Source: Mobula birostris (lineage: Eukaryota). From it: 64,000 bases of DNA. Both the position numbers and the translations under genes were made by a program. The DNA lies in NCBI RefSeq assembly GCF_030028105.1, contig NC_092381.1:73186505-73250504 (forward strand), written 5' to 3'. Under the pieces are notes generated by a model that had not been told where the DNA came from, ran no database searches, and was given only the letters and a program-made list of their open reading frames with translations. Numbering within the stretch: position 1 is the first letter of the stretch; the number at the start of each line of letters is the position of its first letter. Positions 15,101 to 30,100 of the stretch are shown one piece after another.

Positions 15101-18100
15101 AGAAATGTTTAAGAGACATTAAGACAGATACATAACAAGCAGGGAATGAGGGATATGGAACACGTGCTGCCAGATGTGCAAGTTAAATTGGGATTATGGT
15201 CACTGCAGACATTACGGGCTGAATTGTCTATTCCTGCACTGTGGCCAACTCCTCCCCATATAAAGACTTGTATTGTGAGTATTGAAACATCTGGAAGTGG
15301 CTTTTTTAATAACAGGCAGACAGATAAGTAAATGCTTTGCCACCTCATAAGGTTCCACTTAAATAAAAGACTTAGTTTAAACCCACAAGTTGTACTGTAC
15401 CTTACAACGTCAGATTGAGAGAAAGCATTTGAGGATATTTCTCAAGCAGTATGATGCTGAAATAAAGATTAGTGTGACCAATAGTGTTGCAGGAAATTGC
15501 TCTTCGCTGCAGTTACCTGTTCTCACTGTGATGGAAGGACTTTCAGCAGAGTCACAGGTGTCATCGTGCGCAAGGACTGTGACAGTGTAGGTCTCTCCAC
15601 AGGACAGGTCAGTGATGTCACACAGCGTATCGTTGGCGCTGCATTGCTGCACGTCGCCTCCTTCTGCAGTGGCAATGTATGATGATGCACCTTTACTGAA
15701 CTCCCAGGAGACTGACATATGTCCAGAATCACAGTCCATGTGAGCATCAACATTCTGGGGGGGACACGGTACTGCAAGAAGAAAATTTTTCAATATAGGC
15801 TGAAGGGTACATAAAAGGCAACACTGCAAATAATACATGTAAATTTTATAAGTGATTTCCAATTCTTCACATGTTACCTGTTTTAACTGCCAGAGCAGAG
15901 CTCTGTGAGCTGTTACACTCCATGTGGACTGCCTGTACAGTTATGTAGTAATACAGTCCACAGTACACATCAGAGACCTCACACTCAGTGCCTGTTGTAT
16001 TGCAGGAGGCCCAGTGGCCATTGGTCCCTTGTGCTGTTACATGGTATGACTCTGAGCCATTGCTGGGATCCCAAAACACAGAGACAGTGTTATTCTCGCA
16101 GTTGATGTGAGCTACCACATTCTGTGGGATACAAGGTACTGTACAATGGAGAAAGCATAGAGAAAGAATCCTTAAACAGCTGAGAATTTAATATTGCAGT
16201 TCTGTTACTAATATTTAAACAATACAGAATGTTGAACTAGCTGCCTGAAAGTATGCCAGCTAACTGGAGCAATGAGGTAACGTGAGGTGATCTGTTCCAT
16301 ATTTAAGGCAGCTCTTAATACCCTCCATTTAATGGAGTAACTACTCTGGCTCGCTATGTTTTTTTTATGGCACGGAGCACACAGCTCAACATTTTGTAAA
16401 TACAGTGGATTCTGGTTAATTGGTCCATTTGTTAATTGGGGCTGCCACTTTTTTGAGATAGCTCTTAAAGAGCAAAAACTGATCGAGAGAATAGCCAGGA
16501 TTCCCATTGTTTATTTGGGACACTATGCCGCTTAAATCTGACGGGAGGGTGTTGCCAAAAAGTTTCTAACTAGCACCAGACGTGTGCACTTGTGTGGCCA
16601 TTATCTCTACACCTTACTTAGAGCAAACACTTTTTAAATAACATCAGTCGCAAGTGGTTGTGTTCAAAAAGCAGTGACTTTTGTCACTGACAGTTGGCGA
16701 GAAAAAGGCGTAAGACAATTCAGAACCATTTTGCTCACAGCAGTTTCCAGCATTCACGCTTGGAGATACCAGAAATAGCCGGAAGTTAAAAATGAAACGG
16801 TTTCACTACTTCAGCAAGTTAGGAACTGCAAAGAATTTGAAGGTATCGACAATCATCTTGAATGTCACAATGAAATTGAAGATTTGCAATCATTGACAGC
16901 ATTGTATGAAGGCAGTCCATTACCTGCAATAGGTGTCTGCATACTGATTTTGTTCATCAAAGGAACCTGGCAGCACACATTGGTTTAATTCCTCCATTCA
17001 CAAACAAGAGAAAATCTGCAGATGCTGGAAATCCAAACAACACATACAAAATGCTGGAGCAGGTCAAGCAACATCTATGGAAAAAAATACAGTCGTAGTT
17101 TTGGCCCGTAACATTGACTGTACTTTTTTCCATAGATGCTCATTCCTCCATTGATAACTATTAGGAAATACAGAGTTTTATAGTACTGTAGTAGTATTGG
17201 TAGTGTTTTAATTTGTTCTGTATTTCATTTAAATACATAATTTGTTACTTAGTTAAATGGCAAATTGTCTTTTTTATACCTCTTTAACTATTTCCATGAA
17301 ACCAGCTAAATGGGGCTACTATTTAATTGAGCCAAAACATACTGGTCCCGATGTGTCCCAATTAACCAGAATCTGTGGTACATCCTCTGAATTCTACTGT
17401 TGTCCAAGAATAAGAATATATGACAACACCAACAAACAGCTGTCAGCTCCTAGCTGAACAAATCCCATAACCTCAACAAATAGAAAAGCTAGCTTTATTT
17501 GTCACTTGTACAATGAAACATCCAGTGAAATGCATTGTTTGCTAATAAGTAATGGTATTGAATCATCCTGTGTTGTAGCTGGGATCCCAGATATTAAGTT
17601 TTATTATGTAGTAACATTATGATGGTTTTATGTTTGTTTTTGAGACATACATCATGCATATACAGTACATACTAAAATTGAGATATTATAACAGATTAAG
17701 TTATTTGGACAATAGACTACTTTATGTTTTTCACATAATTAAAAGATAATTTACCTGTTTGAATTTCAAAAGCTAGACTTGGTAAACTGGTACAACTCCT
17801 GTCCATCGCTAACACAGTTATATTGTACATTTGGCCACATGGGAGGCCTGCGATCTCACAGTTTGCTTCCATTGTATTGCATGCGTACTTGTCTCCTTTC
17901 ATTCCTTCTGCCATGGCAGCGTAGTACACTACCCCATCGCTCTCTTCCCACCAAACTGACACTGAGTGTGTTGCACAGTCCAAGTGAGCACTTACATTCT
18001 GGGGACTGCAGGGGGCTGGAGGAATAGATTTTAAAATGGAGACACATTGTTAGCTTTGTATATAAATCCACAAATATGAATATGCAAGTAGGAATTGTAA

Positions 18101-21100
18101 ACAAATTTTACAAGTAGTTGTAATTGTAAACGAGCATGCTACAGCACCAGTGAAAACTGAGCCTCCAGGTGATCCTAAAGAATTCTAAAGATACTGTAAT
18201 CACCGAGAGAAGAAATTTCTTCTCAACTCAGTGATGAATGGTTGACCCTTTAATCTGAGGCAAAGACCACAGGTTTTCAACACCCCAGCTAAGGGAAGCA
18301 TCATCCATGTATCCATACTGTCAGCCTTATAACAGAATCTACAGTAATTAGTCCGACAAATTGGAAGACCTGTATCAGATACAATATGAATTACAGTGAG
18401 GTGATATATTCTGGTGGAAAGATAAGGATTGCAGTCACACTGCTAGTGAATGGTGAAGGTAACCTTGGTGAGTAGCTGATGTTTATTGTACAGCATTTTA
18501 ATTTATTTACTTATGAGAAATGAATGACACTGGTAAGCCCGTAATTTATTGTCCATGCATATCTGTCCCTGAAGTGATGGAGTGGTTCATTTCAGAGGCT
18601 AAGTAACGACCACATAGGCCAGACACAGTAACTGTGGCAGTTCGAAGGATATAAGTAACCAGATGTCTGTTTCTGAAAAACCAAATTAATCATGCCCACC
18701 ATTATCAGGACAATATTTTTATCCCAGATTTATTTACTAATTTCAGTTTCAATTCCCAAGCAGTTCTAGAGGATGACAAACCAATGTCTCCAAAATCACT
18801 GAACCTGCCTCTAGATACCAAATCCAGTAATTTAATCACTGTCACCAATATGATATCAACAAACTGCAGCAACAAATGATGGATAGACATGACAGCCTTA
18901 TTTTTTTGGATAGTGTGTTACAGCAAGCAGTAAAAATAGTGAGTTACCTGTCTGAATTTCAGTTGCTGAACTCACAGAATGGTTGCACGTGCTATCTGAT
19001 GCAACAACATATATGGAGTATAACTGGCCACAGAGTAACATGGGTGTCCTACATGATGTTTCTGATGTGCTGCAAGATATGTTGGCTCCGTCAGTTCCTT
19101 CTGCAAAAGCGGTATAACACAGTGCTCCTTCACTATGGTCCCACAACACCAGCGCAGTATTGAGGTTACAATCCAGTTGTACTTCGACATTCTGTGGGTC
19201 ACAAGGGACTGAAAATAAAGCTGAATGTTAAATTGGGTATCATGCCATTGGACCAACCGTAACCAAGTAAATAAGTGGATGGATGAAGTCATGAAGAAAG
19301 TTATTTTGAAGATGTATTCATAATTTTGTAGAGTAGAAAAGCGAAGAAGGTAGTTAAACCTTATAAATTATAGGTGCAGCCACAAATGGAGTACTGAATC
19401 CATTTCAGGATTATGAAAGGTTTACGAGGTCCGAAGAGAGGGTGCAGGGGAGATTTAATAGGATTTAATAGGCGGGGCAAGGGAATTCAGTTACATTAAG
19501 ATACTGGAGAGGATGATATGGCTCTCTTTCAGACTGTAAACGGAGCTGGGAAGTAATATTTTGAATGACTTTGCCAGAAAAAGTAAGGAAAATTTGTTCT
19601 GGGAGGAGGGTAACAATCAGACAGATTTATGATAAATGGTAAAGGAGTGGACAGGAAGTAAGATATATTTTTTACACAAGGAGAGCGTGGATTGCAAGGC
19701 CTGGAGTGGAAGTTGAAGAAGATTCAATGATTTTTTTTCTATAGAAGTACATAAATGTTTATAAGGCAAAAGAGCTTAGAGACAAACAAATCAGGAGGAG
19801 GACGTTGGGGGAGAGGTCAAGTGGAGAAGAGGACATGTTCTTACTCAGAATTATTATTATCTAGAATGAATTGTCTGAAAAGGGATTTGAATATATGCAT
19901 TAAAAGAAAAAAAGCTTGCAGAGTTCTATGGAGAAAGCAGATGGATGAGCAGGTTTAAAGAGGCAAATAGATTCATTCTGCTTCATCCGAGCCAGTGATG
20001 TACATTTCAGCAACTCATCCTTTAGAAGGATAAACAGAGCCTTTATCATAATATTTTTATTTGCATTGCTCTAACTCCTTACGCTATTTATGTCTGAAAT
20101 TAATTCTCAAAGAAGTAACTAAATGCTAACATGCCCAGCCATATAATATGACTCAGAACTCTGTAAATTTTACTGGGGACAAAAAGCTAACATTCGTCCA
20201 GAATGATATCCCAATTAAAAAACATTACTCATTTCCTGTGGCAGATGACAGATGGTTAGTTTAGAAATGCTCAGAATCAGGATTCATGAAAATACTGCAA
20301 AGCCATGAAAGCAATGTTGGAAATAACTCTGTGATCCGAATATGGTGCCGGAATAATACTTTCTCCTGTTGGGTCCATGGAAACATCTGCAATGGAGATG
20401 GATATAAATCTAAATGGATTTCCACTGTAGAGTTGCCAGACTAAAGGCCTCAGGCACTGATGCGTAGAAACTGTGATTCATCCACTTTAGGGGCACAAAA
20501 CAGGTGCTGTTCAGCCTAAGAACAAATTCACCAGGCAGAAAAAAAAATCATCAAGTTGAGTCATCCTTGTTTATTGAAAAACAAGCGTGGTGTGGGGGAG
20601 AAGGTTGTGAATCATAGCAAATGGCAGGGGGATGGGGAGGAACAACACCCAAATGCCCACGTGGACATCACTTGGCACATGGAGCAGGCCAGTTGCATTT
20701 TCAGCCTCAAAAAGCTGACACAACATCGGGGTCATGGACTGTGGCATCTGCGACCTGAAGATAGCTGTGCATGGTGGCTTTGTACTGTGCTCAGAGCTGC
20801 TGGAAATCAGATTTGTAATGTATTAGAATGGCTGGGCTGATTTATAAAATGTAATCTCAAGTCCCATGGGCACATTTTTAAGCACATACAATTCACTAAG
20901 TTTGATGTAATCCTCAGTTTAGTGAGAGTTAAACATGAAGGTTGAAAGTCGCAAACATTTGATCCAACTTCAGTTAGTAAGAAACTAATAGGCGCCACAT
21001 ATGTTGATAACTTGTCCACATGCACAAAATACAAGGGGGAAACAGCCCTGTACTGAAGTGGATCATGATGAGAAGTACCTGTTGGGCTGAACTTCAACTG

Positions 21101-24100
21101 CAAAATGACTGTTGCAAGTTGGTTTGTATTGCAACTTGCTTATTAAGAAAGGTGCTAATGGGTTCATATTCCTGCATTAAAATAGTTTGTTTAAGAAGTT
21201 ATAAAATTAACTTTCAAGCAAGCATAACTAATGAAAGAATTATTAATAATATTGAAAACAACAATCTGAATATTGCCAGTGAAACATCGCATTTCAGGTG
21301 ACGAGAGACCAAACTTTTACCTGAATGTACATTCACCACTGCTCCCTGGGGTCTCCTGCAGATGTCATCTGTTGCTAGGACAGAGATTGTATAATATTCA
21401 CCACACTGCAGGTCCTGGATTTGAGCCCTTGTATCACTTGTGTTGAATAAAGCTGTAACTCTTTGACTGTCTCGAACAGTCACAGTGTATAACTTTGCTC
21501 CAGCAGTCTCATCCCACCAGAAGGATATTGTGTTCAAATCACAATTAAGCTCAGCCGTTAGATTCTCAGGAATGCAGGGTGCTATTTAGAAAATACAAGT
21601 AAATATCAATTCCTGCTGTCCTGCAGAAACACAAAATGAATACACATGGGAATTATTTCCTTGCTGAATGTTACTTACCGGTTTGTATTTGGACAGAAGT
21701 ACTCGAAATGCCATGCCGGCTGTAACTCAGTGTCGTTACGGTTATGTTATAGGACTGTCCACAGTGTAAATCCAGCATTTCATGGCGTGTCTCTGTGGTG
21801 TTGTGTGAGCATATATGACCATCACTGCCTTCTGCAGTTACATCGAATGAGGTCGCTCCCCCAGTCCTTCCCCAGGACACCACCACTCTATTGAAGTTAC
21901 AATCCACATTGGCAATGATTTCATCTGGGGCACATGGTGCTGTGGAAAAGGAATTATAAACATTAAAACCTATGGCACAGACATCACTTGCCAGTATGTC
22001 ACAGAGCTCAAATATCTTTAATAAATCAGCCACAACAATGTCCACATATTCTAGATCCAAAGAAATTCAAACCTTTGGTTTGCTTTCAGTTTGAATCCTA
22101 AGCCTCCCACTGATTTCCTTGATCACCGAATCTTTGATTCGGTGATGTCAGGTAGAGATAGAAGGACTCTGAGAGAAAAATCCACAGAGAAATGCTGAAA
22201 AGTACAAGAGCTTTTGCATTAATGGGGGGTGAAATCATTGGGGATAAGATTAAAATCTTGCCACCACCTAGAAGAGCATCCTGCATCCATGCTGAAGAAA
22301 GGCAGCTCCAGGTCCCTGGACTGACTCATGCCCTTTTCAATTAAGTCAATCTGTATCTGCGGCTGTTTCTTTGAAAGTCGGGTACTTATTGAACCAAATA
22401 AAGCCCTGATCTCATGCCCTCTTCTCATTACTACCCTCAGGGAGGAGGTACAGAAGCCTGAAGGCACACACACAAACAGCTTCTTCCCCTCTGCCATCAG
22501 ATTTCTGAATGGACATTGAACCCATAAACACTAACTCACTACTTTTTGTCTCTTTTTGAACTACTTATCTAATTTAACTTTATTTATATATATATATATA
22601 TATTTCTTACTGTAATTTATTGTTTTTATTATTATGTATTGCAATGTACTGCTGCCGCATAATGACAAATTTCTTGACTCTTGCCAGTGATATTAAACCT
22701 GATTCTGAATCCTCTTAGTTAGAACAGTGAACAGCTACAAAAGAAGTCCTTAAGCTGATAGGACATTGTTCCATAGGTCCAAGTGACATATATTTCATCA
22801 CTCCATTCAAATTAATCTCTTCCCCATCCTCTGGAAGTTTGGCAACTTGACATTTACAGAGCAGAGACAAGGAAACTAGCAGAGCAGGCTGACAGATCAA
22901 TGTGGAGCTGGTTGCCCATGTCATGAATTGGTGATGTGCAAATTATCAGGGGACAATGTCAGGATAATGAGCCAGATTCCCTGAATTTGTTTCAAGATGT
23001 TGGATAACTTATCCAAAAAAGTGTTCGTTGTTGTGTCATCGGGGTGTTGCCCCTCTACGACTCTCTTCACACACACTAATGACAATACATAAATTGGTTG
23101 CTAATGAGACATTATTGCATTTAACTTGGCTGCTCAGTTTGCCCTGACTTTGACAGTTTCACTTTCAAACTAATCCCTTCGCTGCAAAGTTTGCCACGAT
23201 ATCCTGAGGAAATGAAAGCTGTTAAATACAGAGACTCTTTCTTCTTTTACTACCTGTCCGAATTTCATGGTGGGAGCTTTGGAGGCTGCTGCAGGTTTCA
23301 CCAAATGCGAGGACTGAGATGTTGTATACTTGGCTGCAGTGAAGACCTGGGATGAGACAGTTTATTTCGGATGTGGTACAGGTGGCTGTGTGTCCATCGC
23401 TCCCCTCTGCCGTAGCGGTGTACCACAATGTGAAGTTACTCAGCTCCCATGTTACAAAGGCAGTGACACTGGCACAAACAGTTTGTACATTCTGAGGGGG
23501 ACAAGGGGCTTCAGGGGAGGAAAAGAGACAAACAAAAGATCCTGAATTAGTGATAATGTTGAGGCACTTCAGTGGTGAATATACAGCACTGCGTGGGAGA
23601 AGGACCTTAGCCCCTCAACTCAGTTGAGCTTTGTCTATTATTGAATTAGACATAAGCTTATAACTAGCAGCTGCTTACCTGCATCTTGGTTGAACACATT
23701 TTTACATTCAGATATAATAAAAATCTATCAATCAGGCTTTTGGTAATTTTAGTATATCTAGCTTCGACAAAGTCCGAGGAGAGAGAGATCCAGATTTCAC
23801 ATTACTGGTGGAAATAATGATTTCTGGTCATGTTCCTGTATATCTTCCTTCTATGCTAATAATACCTCCCATTGTTCAGGACACCCAGTTCACTGAGAAT
23901 TACTGAAAATCAAAACACATGCTGCAGATGCTGTAAATCTGAAATAAAATTAGAACTTGTTGTAAGCACCCTGTAGGTCAGGCAGCATCTGTGGACAAAA
24001 ACAGGTTTTAGGTTGGAGACCCTCCAATGGAACTGTGGAATGGAAGTTAGTTTAAAGGCACAGAAAACCTGAGGGGGGCGGGGGGAACCCACCCTCTCTG

Positions 24101-27100
24101 CAATTTAAAACTGACCCGTTTTCTCCCTTTCCCAGTTTGGACAACTGGTCTTCAACCTGAGGTGTTAATTGTATTTTTTTTCCCCAGTGATGCTGTGGGA
24201 ACTGAATGTTCTGGAGAGCTCTGCTTTTATTACAGGTTGAGTACCCCTATTCCGAAATACCTGGGGCCAGAAGTGTTTCAGATTTTCGAATTTTTTGGAT
24301 TTTGGAATATATAATGAGATAGCTTTGGATTGCCATAATTTCTGACTCGAAACTTATGTGCTACTGGTAAGCAGTCTTTGTTTATCACACACATGTACCG
24401 ATACAGCTGGTTCAATGTGTACAATTTTCATCAGCAACAATCTTGGCAAACTCATCAATGAATTTCTCTGCTTCTTCGTGATCAGCAGGTGCTTTATCAC
24501 CACAAATCTTTAAAAATTTAATGCCGTGTCTTTTCTCAAATTTCTGCAACCAGCCTGCTGAATATTCACAATCACCTTCAATTTTCAGTTTATTGAGAAA
24601 GATCTTCATTTGTTTCATGATCATGCTTAGCGGCATATGTTCACTCCGATGCTGATTAATCCACTCTTTCCAATACACAATCAAGATCTTCATGCAATGT
24701 TTTTCTATTTTTCATTAACTTCTGTTCATTACATATGTGAGGTCGCTTCTCAGAACTGTCTGGGGTGCACAGAGACCTACGCATCAGCTGGGAATTTTCC
24801 CAGCACCTTGTGGAATTTTTCATTTGTGATGTCATGTCAGCACTCAAAAAAATTTTGATTTCAGAAGTTTTCAGATGTTAGAATTTCAGAAAAGAGGTAC
24901 TCAACCTGTAATGGAAATTATTTCTCTCCTTTGAATACCTTAAGCACCTCAATTCCATTATCCTAATATGGTTTTACTACATGTACTCACAATTTAGCTT
25001 TCAGCCCCAGTATTATCCTAGTGAATCTATGCTGCACTTTACCTACTTAACCTATCCATCCAACCTGTAAGCCAAAGCGTAAGGCTATATCATGCTGCTC
25101 TGGTTCCCCTGACCCAATACCACCCATATTCAGATACATATACTGTACCTGGTCTTAATTTGCTAATTGCTCACAACCTTGATCCCACCGATATGGTCTA
25201 GGTGGGAACTGGACCTTAGAAATTATAGAACTGTGAACCCAGTCCCAAGTTGCTCTGAACAGTTCCTAATAAAAGATGGTGCAGGGCTGAGGGCCTTGGC
25301 TTCTATCGGAGCTGATATGAATTTTAATCAATTTTTAGGTTATTTTGATACTCAAAAATATTTAAAAACAATTAAATGTAAAACAATAAAAATATTAGAA
25401 AATGTGTTGAAAATAATTAATCTAAAATCATATTTATGCAGAAATGATTAAAACTAAAGCAATCTCATTTTAAAAACAGATTTTCTTTTTTCATTGCCCA
25501 CTAAAACCCTGGTCTACAAGCCAAATGAACTCAATTGGATTTTGGATTCCGATATGACACAGGATATGGGAGGCAGCTCTCTGCTGTTATGTTGGGGGCT
25601 GAGTTTACAGACAGTCCAACAGGAAAGCATGCAATTAATTTTGCCCCCCTGAATCCATCAGCAAATCGAAGATCTCTGCGTTTCAAGGTTCACACACAAT
25701 GGAGAAGGACCGAGATGTCAGAAATTCCAATCAGAATTGTAATAAACAGAGTTCAGACAGATCCCAGCATTGATTGCACTTCTTGAAATGTGCTGCATTC
25801 AGAGCATTATGCCACCATTCCAGACTTCCCATATCCCATTCGCTTCATCAAGGGCTAGGAACATTAACTGAATTTATCTCCAAAGATGTCACCAAATCTT
25901 AATGTTTTTAATTGTGCATTTTAGTAAATGGTGTTTACCTTTTCAGAAATTCATCCGTCTTGTATCTAAAGTAAATAACCTCAATGTGGTTTACCACAGC
26001 TTTGCATAATGTTTCTCTTTGATAGCGAGCTAATAAAATAATCACTTAGCGATGAGATCCCCCAGTAATCATGCTATAACCAGATATGACTTTGGAATAC
26101 AATATTCAATATTGATTGTAATCTCTAGCTGGGACTTATACTGCCAAGGCACAAGAAGGACTCCTTCATATTTGAAGGGAAGAAAGTGAAAAGATCTGCT
26201 ATTTTACCATGAACGTAAAGTGTTAGTGCTCAAAGCCGGATAGAAACTTCAGGGTCATAGCACTCAACACTACAACTGAATGATAGCAAAACAGGCATCT
26301 CCATAAACATACAAGTCACTAGTGTGACCTTTCTGGATCACAGATCTCATAAAATACCCTTTTCCCTACAGCACTGTAACCTTTCCCTCCCTAAGAAATT
26401 TTTAAAGAAACTTTACCTGTTTTAGCTTGAAAAACGGACGTATTTACACTCTGACAGTCACTGTCCACTGCCATTACGGTTATTGAGTATGTCTGACTGC
26501 AGTGCAGGTCCACGAAGTCACAGCTCGTCTCTGTTGTGTTACACAGTGAAACGTGTCCATCTTGTCCTTCTGCTGTTGTAATGTACCACATGGCACCCTC
26601 AGCCTTCGCCCAGGTCACTGACGTACTCCTGGTGTCACAGTCCAGACTGGTGGAAATGTTATCAGGTGCACATGGGGCTGCATAGTGTACAATACAAACT
26701 GGCTGTTACTGAGCTGGAAGAATATACAATAGGTACTCTACAGCTTTTTATCAGCAAACAAAATATCAACATATTTGATTGAATTAAGAATTTTGAAAAA
26801 AGGGTATTTCTTTATTGAAATCTCTATTATGTTTCTGTTTGGCTTACATCTCGCAGAATCTATCTCTGTACATGTTGGATGACACAGGAAAAGTAATTGC
26901 TTAGCCAGAACCACTTGCTGAATGTCTAAGTTATTAACTTATTAAAGGTTAATACTTTTACAAGGAACTTTCAGCAATTTTAAAAGTCTTTAAAGAGCCT
27001 GAATCTCAGATTTCTTATTTCCAGAAATAAGTAATTTTCTTAGAAGGATCCCAGCTTGGACAGAAAGAAAAGCTCTGCTACCCCACCTCCCCACCCAACT

Positions 27101-30100
27101 CTACCAGTAACTCATTCAAAAACTACAAGGCTGTGAGGGAGATAGGCCTCAGGAGTACCCTACCTGAGGCCTCCTCAACAAGGCCCAATCATTCTCATAA
27201 CCCAGTCCAGGGAAGTGTTGGTATTCAGGGACCATGGCCCTGAGCCTGAAACTCAATATTGGTCCATCTTTCTACCTTGATTTCCAATCACAATCAATTT
27301 TGAGAATTAGTTTTATTGATGCACCAAAAGCATCCTACCTGGATACAATATTGCTTGCTGTGGCAACTGCTCTGCACGTGACTGCAGGAAACAGTCCCTT
27401 GACCTCATTATAATCTTGCACTCCGTAGCTGTTAAACTTCATTGTACATTCTGTTGCTGTTTAACCTTGTTCTATCTCAATGCTCAGTGTAACGACTTGA
27501 CCTACCATCAGCAAGCTTTTCACTGTATCTCGGTATATGTGACAATAATAAACCAGTACCAATATAATCCTAGTAAGAATACTGATCATGTCTGCTTCAA
27601 TGAAAATGCTTTACAATAAACAATTCTCTTTAGACAGTATCCCCTTAGAAGAAAGGGAAGCACATAATTCCACACCACAATTCCTGTTATCACTATTCTC
27701 CAGTGTCTTTCCATCCAAAAATATATCCCAGAATACTGTATGTAAATTGCTTTGGGTTATCCTGTGGCCATAACAGGTGAAGTATAAATTACAGTCATGC
27801 ATTCATTATTAATTCAAATCCTACCATAGTCTCACTCCAATCTATTTCAGAAAACATTTCTTCTTCCTTATCTCAGATTACACTCACAGGCTTTAGGCTT
27901 CTTGTACATTCCTGCAGACCTTTCTCCCTCACAGCAGCCTCCACACCTAGGCAACATGCAACAATAGCTTTTTGTTCCGTATTCGCTGTGTCTTCAGCTA
28001 ATATGGAACTGCTCTGTGGAACTTGCTTTTAAAATTGATTTACAGTCATAGAGAAGTACAGCACAGGGATAGGCCATGCCAAAACCATTTAAACTGCCTA
28101 CTCTCATCAACCAGGACCATAGCCCTCCATATCCCTACTTTCGATGTACCTATCCAAACTTCTCTTAAACGTTGAAATCGAGCTTGCATGCACCACTAGC
28201 ACTGGCAGCTCATTCCACACTCTCACAACCCTCTGAGTGAAAAAGTTCCCCCTCATGTTCCCCTTAGACTTCTCACCTTTCACCCTTAACCCATGACCTC
28301 TGGTTGTAGTCCCACTCAACCTCAGTGGAAAAAGCCTGCTTGCATTTACCCTATCTACACCTCTCATACCTTGCTACTTTTCAGAAATTCTACATTTTAT
28401 ACCTAGCTATCAGTTGTGACTTTTCCCAGTTACTTTTAAATATCCATGCTCCTTGTCCCAATAAGAGGTCTCAGATATTTTACAACAGAAAATAAGTAGC
28501 TAAAGTTACCACTGGAAACATGGTATATTGATAATATCTAATTCAAGACACCTACCAGTGTTGAATTTGAACTGAAAGCTTTGTGAGGTGTCACACACAC
28601 CATCCAGCGCTGTCACAGTTAAATTGTACACCTGTCCACAGTGTAGGTTGGTTATCTGACATTCTTTGTTAGCTGTCTCGCAAGAAACTGGGTGCCCATC
28701 CCTTCCTTCTGCTGTTGCCGAGTAAGAGACTGCACCTTTAGTGTGGCTCCACAATACTGAAGCATCGTTTGTGTCACAGTCTACATGGACATCGAGGTTC
28801 TGTGGGATGCAGGAAACTGCAAAAAAAGCAAGGAGACCAGATGAAGAGCAGTATAGATCTGGCAAACACATGGAGTTACAAAGAAGATGAAGTTGTTTAT
28901 TTAACTGAAATCTTCAATCAAGTGTATTTTTAGAACAATATTTTAGCCACATCAGAAATCATTGTTCATGTGATTGATAGAGAGTTAGTTTTCAGAAATT
29001 GGATGACTCAGCAGTTACCTGTTTTCATTGTGATGGAAGGACTTTCAGCAGAGTCACAGGTGGCATCATGCGCAAGGACTGTGACAGTGTAGGTCTCTCC
29101 ACAGGACAGGTCAGTGATGTCACACAGCGTATCGTTGGCGCTGCATTGCTGCACGTCGCCTCCTACTGCAGTGGCAATGTATGATGATGCACCTTCACTG
29201 AACTCCCAGGAGACTGACAGAAATCCAGCATCACAGTCCATGTAAGCATTGACATTCTGGGGGACACACGGTACTGCAAGAAGAAAGAACATAACCTGAA
29301 ACTGTTGCACAAATATTCAGCCACATAACAGTAAGATGCAAAAGAGAATATCTGCAGAATTTTAATATACAGTTTTGACTAGAATTACCTGCTTTAACTG
29401 CCAGAGCAGAGCTGTGTGAGCTGTTACACTCCATGCGGACTGCCTGTACAGTTATGTAGTAATACAGTCCACAGTACACATCAGAGACCTCACATTCAGT
29501 GCCTGTTGTATTGCAGGAGGCCCAGTGGCCATTGGTCCCTTGTGCTGTTACGTGGTATGACTCTGAGCCATTGCTGGGATCCCAAAACACAGAGATAGTG
29601 TTATTCTCGCAGTTGATGTGACCTACCACATTCTGTGGAATACAAGGTGCTATAGAAAGAGGAAGCAGAGTATGGATTAACGTCTGGCTGGTTTAAAAGG
29701 TTCATAAATAATTTTGTACCAAATATCTAGCGTAACACCTATCCATTATATAAACCTATGCTAATTCATATTATTCCTATTTGTTAGTGATCCTGTTCTG
29801 TTGGTTTTCAAAAAAAAAAGAATAATCAAAATTTTACCTGTTTGAATTTCAGATGGTTGACTTGGTAAACTAGTGCACTTCTCCTCCATCGCTAACACAG
29901 TTACATTGTACGTCTGGCCACATGGGAGGCCTGCGATCTCACAGTTTGCTTCCGTTGTATTGCATAAGTATCTGTCTCCTTCCATTCCTTCTGCCATGGC
30001 AGCATAGTACACTGCCCCCTCACTCTCCTCCCACCAAACTGACGCCGTGTGCGTTGCACAGTTCAAATAGGTGCTTACATTTTGAGGTCTGCAAGGAGCT

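Noticed and set aside
24412-24693. Domesticated TIGD/JRK gene
   Set aside because: Short frameshifted remnant between TIRs with TA duplication, so a non-autonomous transposon.
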